Below, one piece after another: positions 62,490 to 64,000 of a stretch of 64,000 nucleotides of DNA. The notes below the pieces were generated by a model. The model saw only the letters and a program-made list of their open reading frames with translations, searched no databases and was not told the DNA's origin. This DNA is from Myxococcota bacterium (GTDB lineage: Bacteria > Myxococcota_A > Polyangia > Nannocystales > Nannocystaceae), in the NCBI GenBank assembly GCA_039028615.1, contig JBCCHT010000001.1:224001-288000 (forward strand), given 5' to 3'. Each line of letters starts with the position of its first letter. Positions within the stretch are counted from its first letter, which is position 1. The translations under genes were made by a program, and so were the position numbers.

Positions 62490-64000
62490 ATGGAAAAAGT
62501 ACAGGGTTCGGATGGCTCTGCGACCGCAGAGTCCGTGACGGTGATCGGCTGGGGGACGGCCGCCTCCCCCGCGGCTCGAATGCTCGCCAAAGAGCGCGAG
62601 GCACAGCTCGCGCTGCTCGATGATGGCGACGCGGTGAAGCAGACCCTGGGCCAGACGAACGGGCCAGTCCTCGTGGTGACGACGACCCGCGACATCGATG
62701 AATTCCTGGACCTCGTGCACGGGGCCGCCGATACGCCAAACCGATGCCTGGGCTTCATCCTCGGCGACGACGAGGCCCAATGCCTACGACGCGCGGAACG
62801 TTTGTGCGAGGTCAGTGGCCCCGGCGCACGAGGAGACCAACCCTACTGGTCCGTCGAGCCCTGCCGACTCCACGGGGCGAGCTTGGCCACCTACGACGAT
62901 GCGGAAGAGGCCGCGCGAAGCATCGAGGAGCCCAGCGAGGTCGCCTTCATCGTCGGGCACTCCAACGGCTTCGACATGCTGGCGGGGCATGTGTTCATGT
63001 GCATGAACGACGAGGCGAGCGAGGACGAGCCCTCGCTCGCCCTGCTGCCGTGTTTCCACGGTGCCGAGTGCACCCGCATCGGACCGAACCAGCTACGCCT
63101 GAACCCTCGACGCATTCGCGCCACCCGGATCATCAGCGTGGCGTGTTGGGGCGTGAACTTGTCGGGGGCGCTGTACGACACGCCGCTGTCGGTCTCCACC
63201 GGTTTTCTCGACAACGGCAACATCGAGGCGATGATCACCACGGTTCGCATCGCCTGCTCCCACCCGGCGGCCGTCGCACTGCTGTACTACTACGCGAACC
63301 TCGGCTTGCCCTTCGGCCAGGTCGCCAACCGGGTGAACGCGGAGCTTCGGGGGCTCGGCTACGAGATGGACTACGCGTGCTTCGGCGAGCCGACGTCGCG
63401 CCTCGAGCCCTCGGTCGAAGAGCACCCGATGCGGATCGAGGGTCGAAGCATCACGGTGCAGCTCGAGCCCCGCGACGAACCCCGAGACATCTGGCTTCGC
63501 GTCGACCCCCAGGTCGTGCCGGACGAGCCCCTGATCGTCGAAACCAGCGAGGCGTGTAGCACCGGCGTCATCACCCCGACGGGCGACCTGTTCCTCACGG
63601 TCGAGCCCGAGGGTGAGACGGTCTCGATCACGCTGGCATCGAAGACCGAGCTGCGCCGTGACGAAGCGGCCGCGGCCGTCCTGAGGGACATCGAAGCGCT
63701 GGGCCGACTCCTCCGCTCCATCTCCCCCACCGACGACGAGACCCAGGAGCTCGCCAACGAGGCGCATGCGTGCTGGAGGCAAGCGATCGACTATCTGGAG
63801 CGGTGGCCCTTCGGCCTACTCGGGGTCGGCGAGCTCACCCATGAGTTCGTGCTCGACGACATGTGGTCCGGCGTCGAGCAGCGAGTCTCCACCCTGGCCG
63901 TGGCCACCGCGAAGCTCTACTCACGATACGTCGACTCCCACTCGTGCATCTTCCCATTCTATGGCGGCCTGAGCCGCTACGAAGGGTCCACGCTGCACAC
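62490..64000 (+). CDS. Hypothetical protein, possible clan CD (gingipain/caspase-fold) peptidase; partial, runs off the right edge
   Basis: GGAGG SD, ATG 62490, frame open to the window end (over 500 codons). Motifs FIVGHSNG, IISVACWG, YACFGEP. Confidence 0.65.
   Translation, partial: MEKVQGSDGSATAESVTVIGWGTAASPAARMLAKEREAQLALLDDGDAVKQTLGQTNGPVLVVTTTRDIDEFLDLVHGAADTPNRCLGFILGDDEAQCLRRAERLCEVSGPGARGDQPYWSVEPCRLHGASLATYDDAEEAARSIEEPSEVAFIVGHSNGFDMLAGHVFMCMNDEASEDEPSLALLPCFHGAECTRIGPNQLRLNPRRIRATRIISVACWGVNLSGALYDTPLSVSTGFLDNGNIEAMITTVRIACSHPAAVALLYYYANLGLPFGQVANRVNAELRGLGYEMDYACFGEPTSRLEPSVEEHPMRIEGRSITVQLEPRDEPRDIWLRVDPQVVPDEPLIVETSEACSTGVITPTGDLFLTVEPEGETVSITLASKTELRRDEAAAAVLRDIEALGRLLRSISPTDDETQELANEAHACWRQAIDYLERWPFGLLGVGELTHEFVLDDMWSGVEQRVSTLAVATAKLYSRYVDSHSCIFPFYGGLSRYEGSTLH

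Overview
High-GC DNA, inferred from gene content to be myxobacterial and probably Nannocystaceae-like. In order along the window: (1) an iron-import-like module (IrtAB/YbtPQ-type ABC pair, methyltransferase, TetR) with two Fur-like inverted repeats; (2) an orphan type VI secretion vgrG island (EreA/ChaN-like protein, Tle1 lipase, VgrG, DUF6484, thiolase-like protein, DUF4150 PAAR, Imm11, and convergent DUF2169 and TIGR02270); (3) a pseudokinase facing a kinase, a helical protein and two FG-GAP lipoproteins; (4) a tandem pair of atypical tRNA-Pro genes; (5) two proteases; (6) RiPP cluster 1: double-Gly precursor, LanC, divergent LanB, aKG-HExxH oxygenase and P450; (7) assorted enzymes and cysS; (8) cluster 2: a C39 peptidase ABC exporter, second ABC and HlyD, transcribed divergently from a 51-aa precursor-like peptide that the ORF track misses. 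That peptide gene heads an operon with an AurF-like N-oxygenase, NUDIX, epimerase, phosphatase and an unusual A(Cys)-T-Cy-[A remnant]-T-TE NRPS; (9) a lactonase, a DegT aminotransferase and a partial clan-CD-like protein. The best candidates for an undescribed system are the two peptide clusters. Their precursors both carry a poly-Ala-Pro segment right after the leader, and they may share one exporter. All assignments come from reading motifs by eye; no database searches were run.
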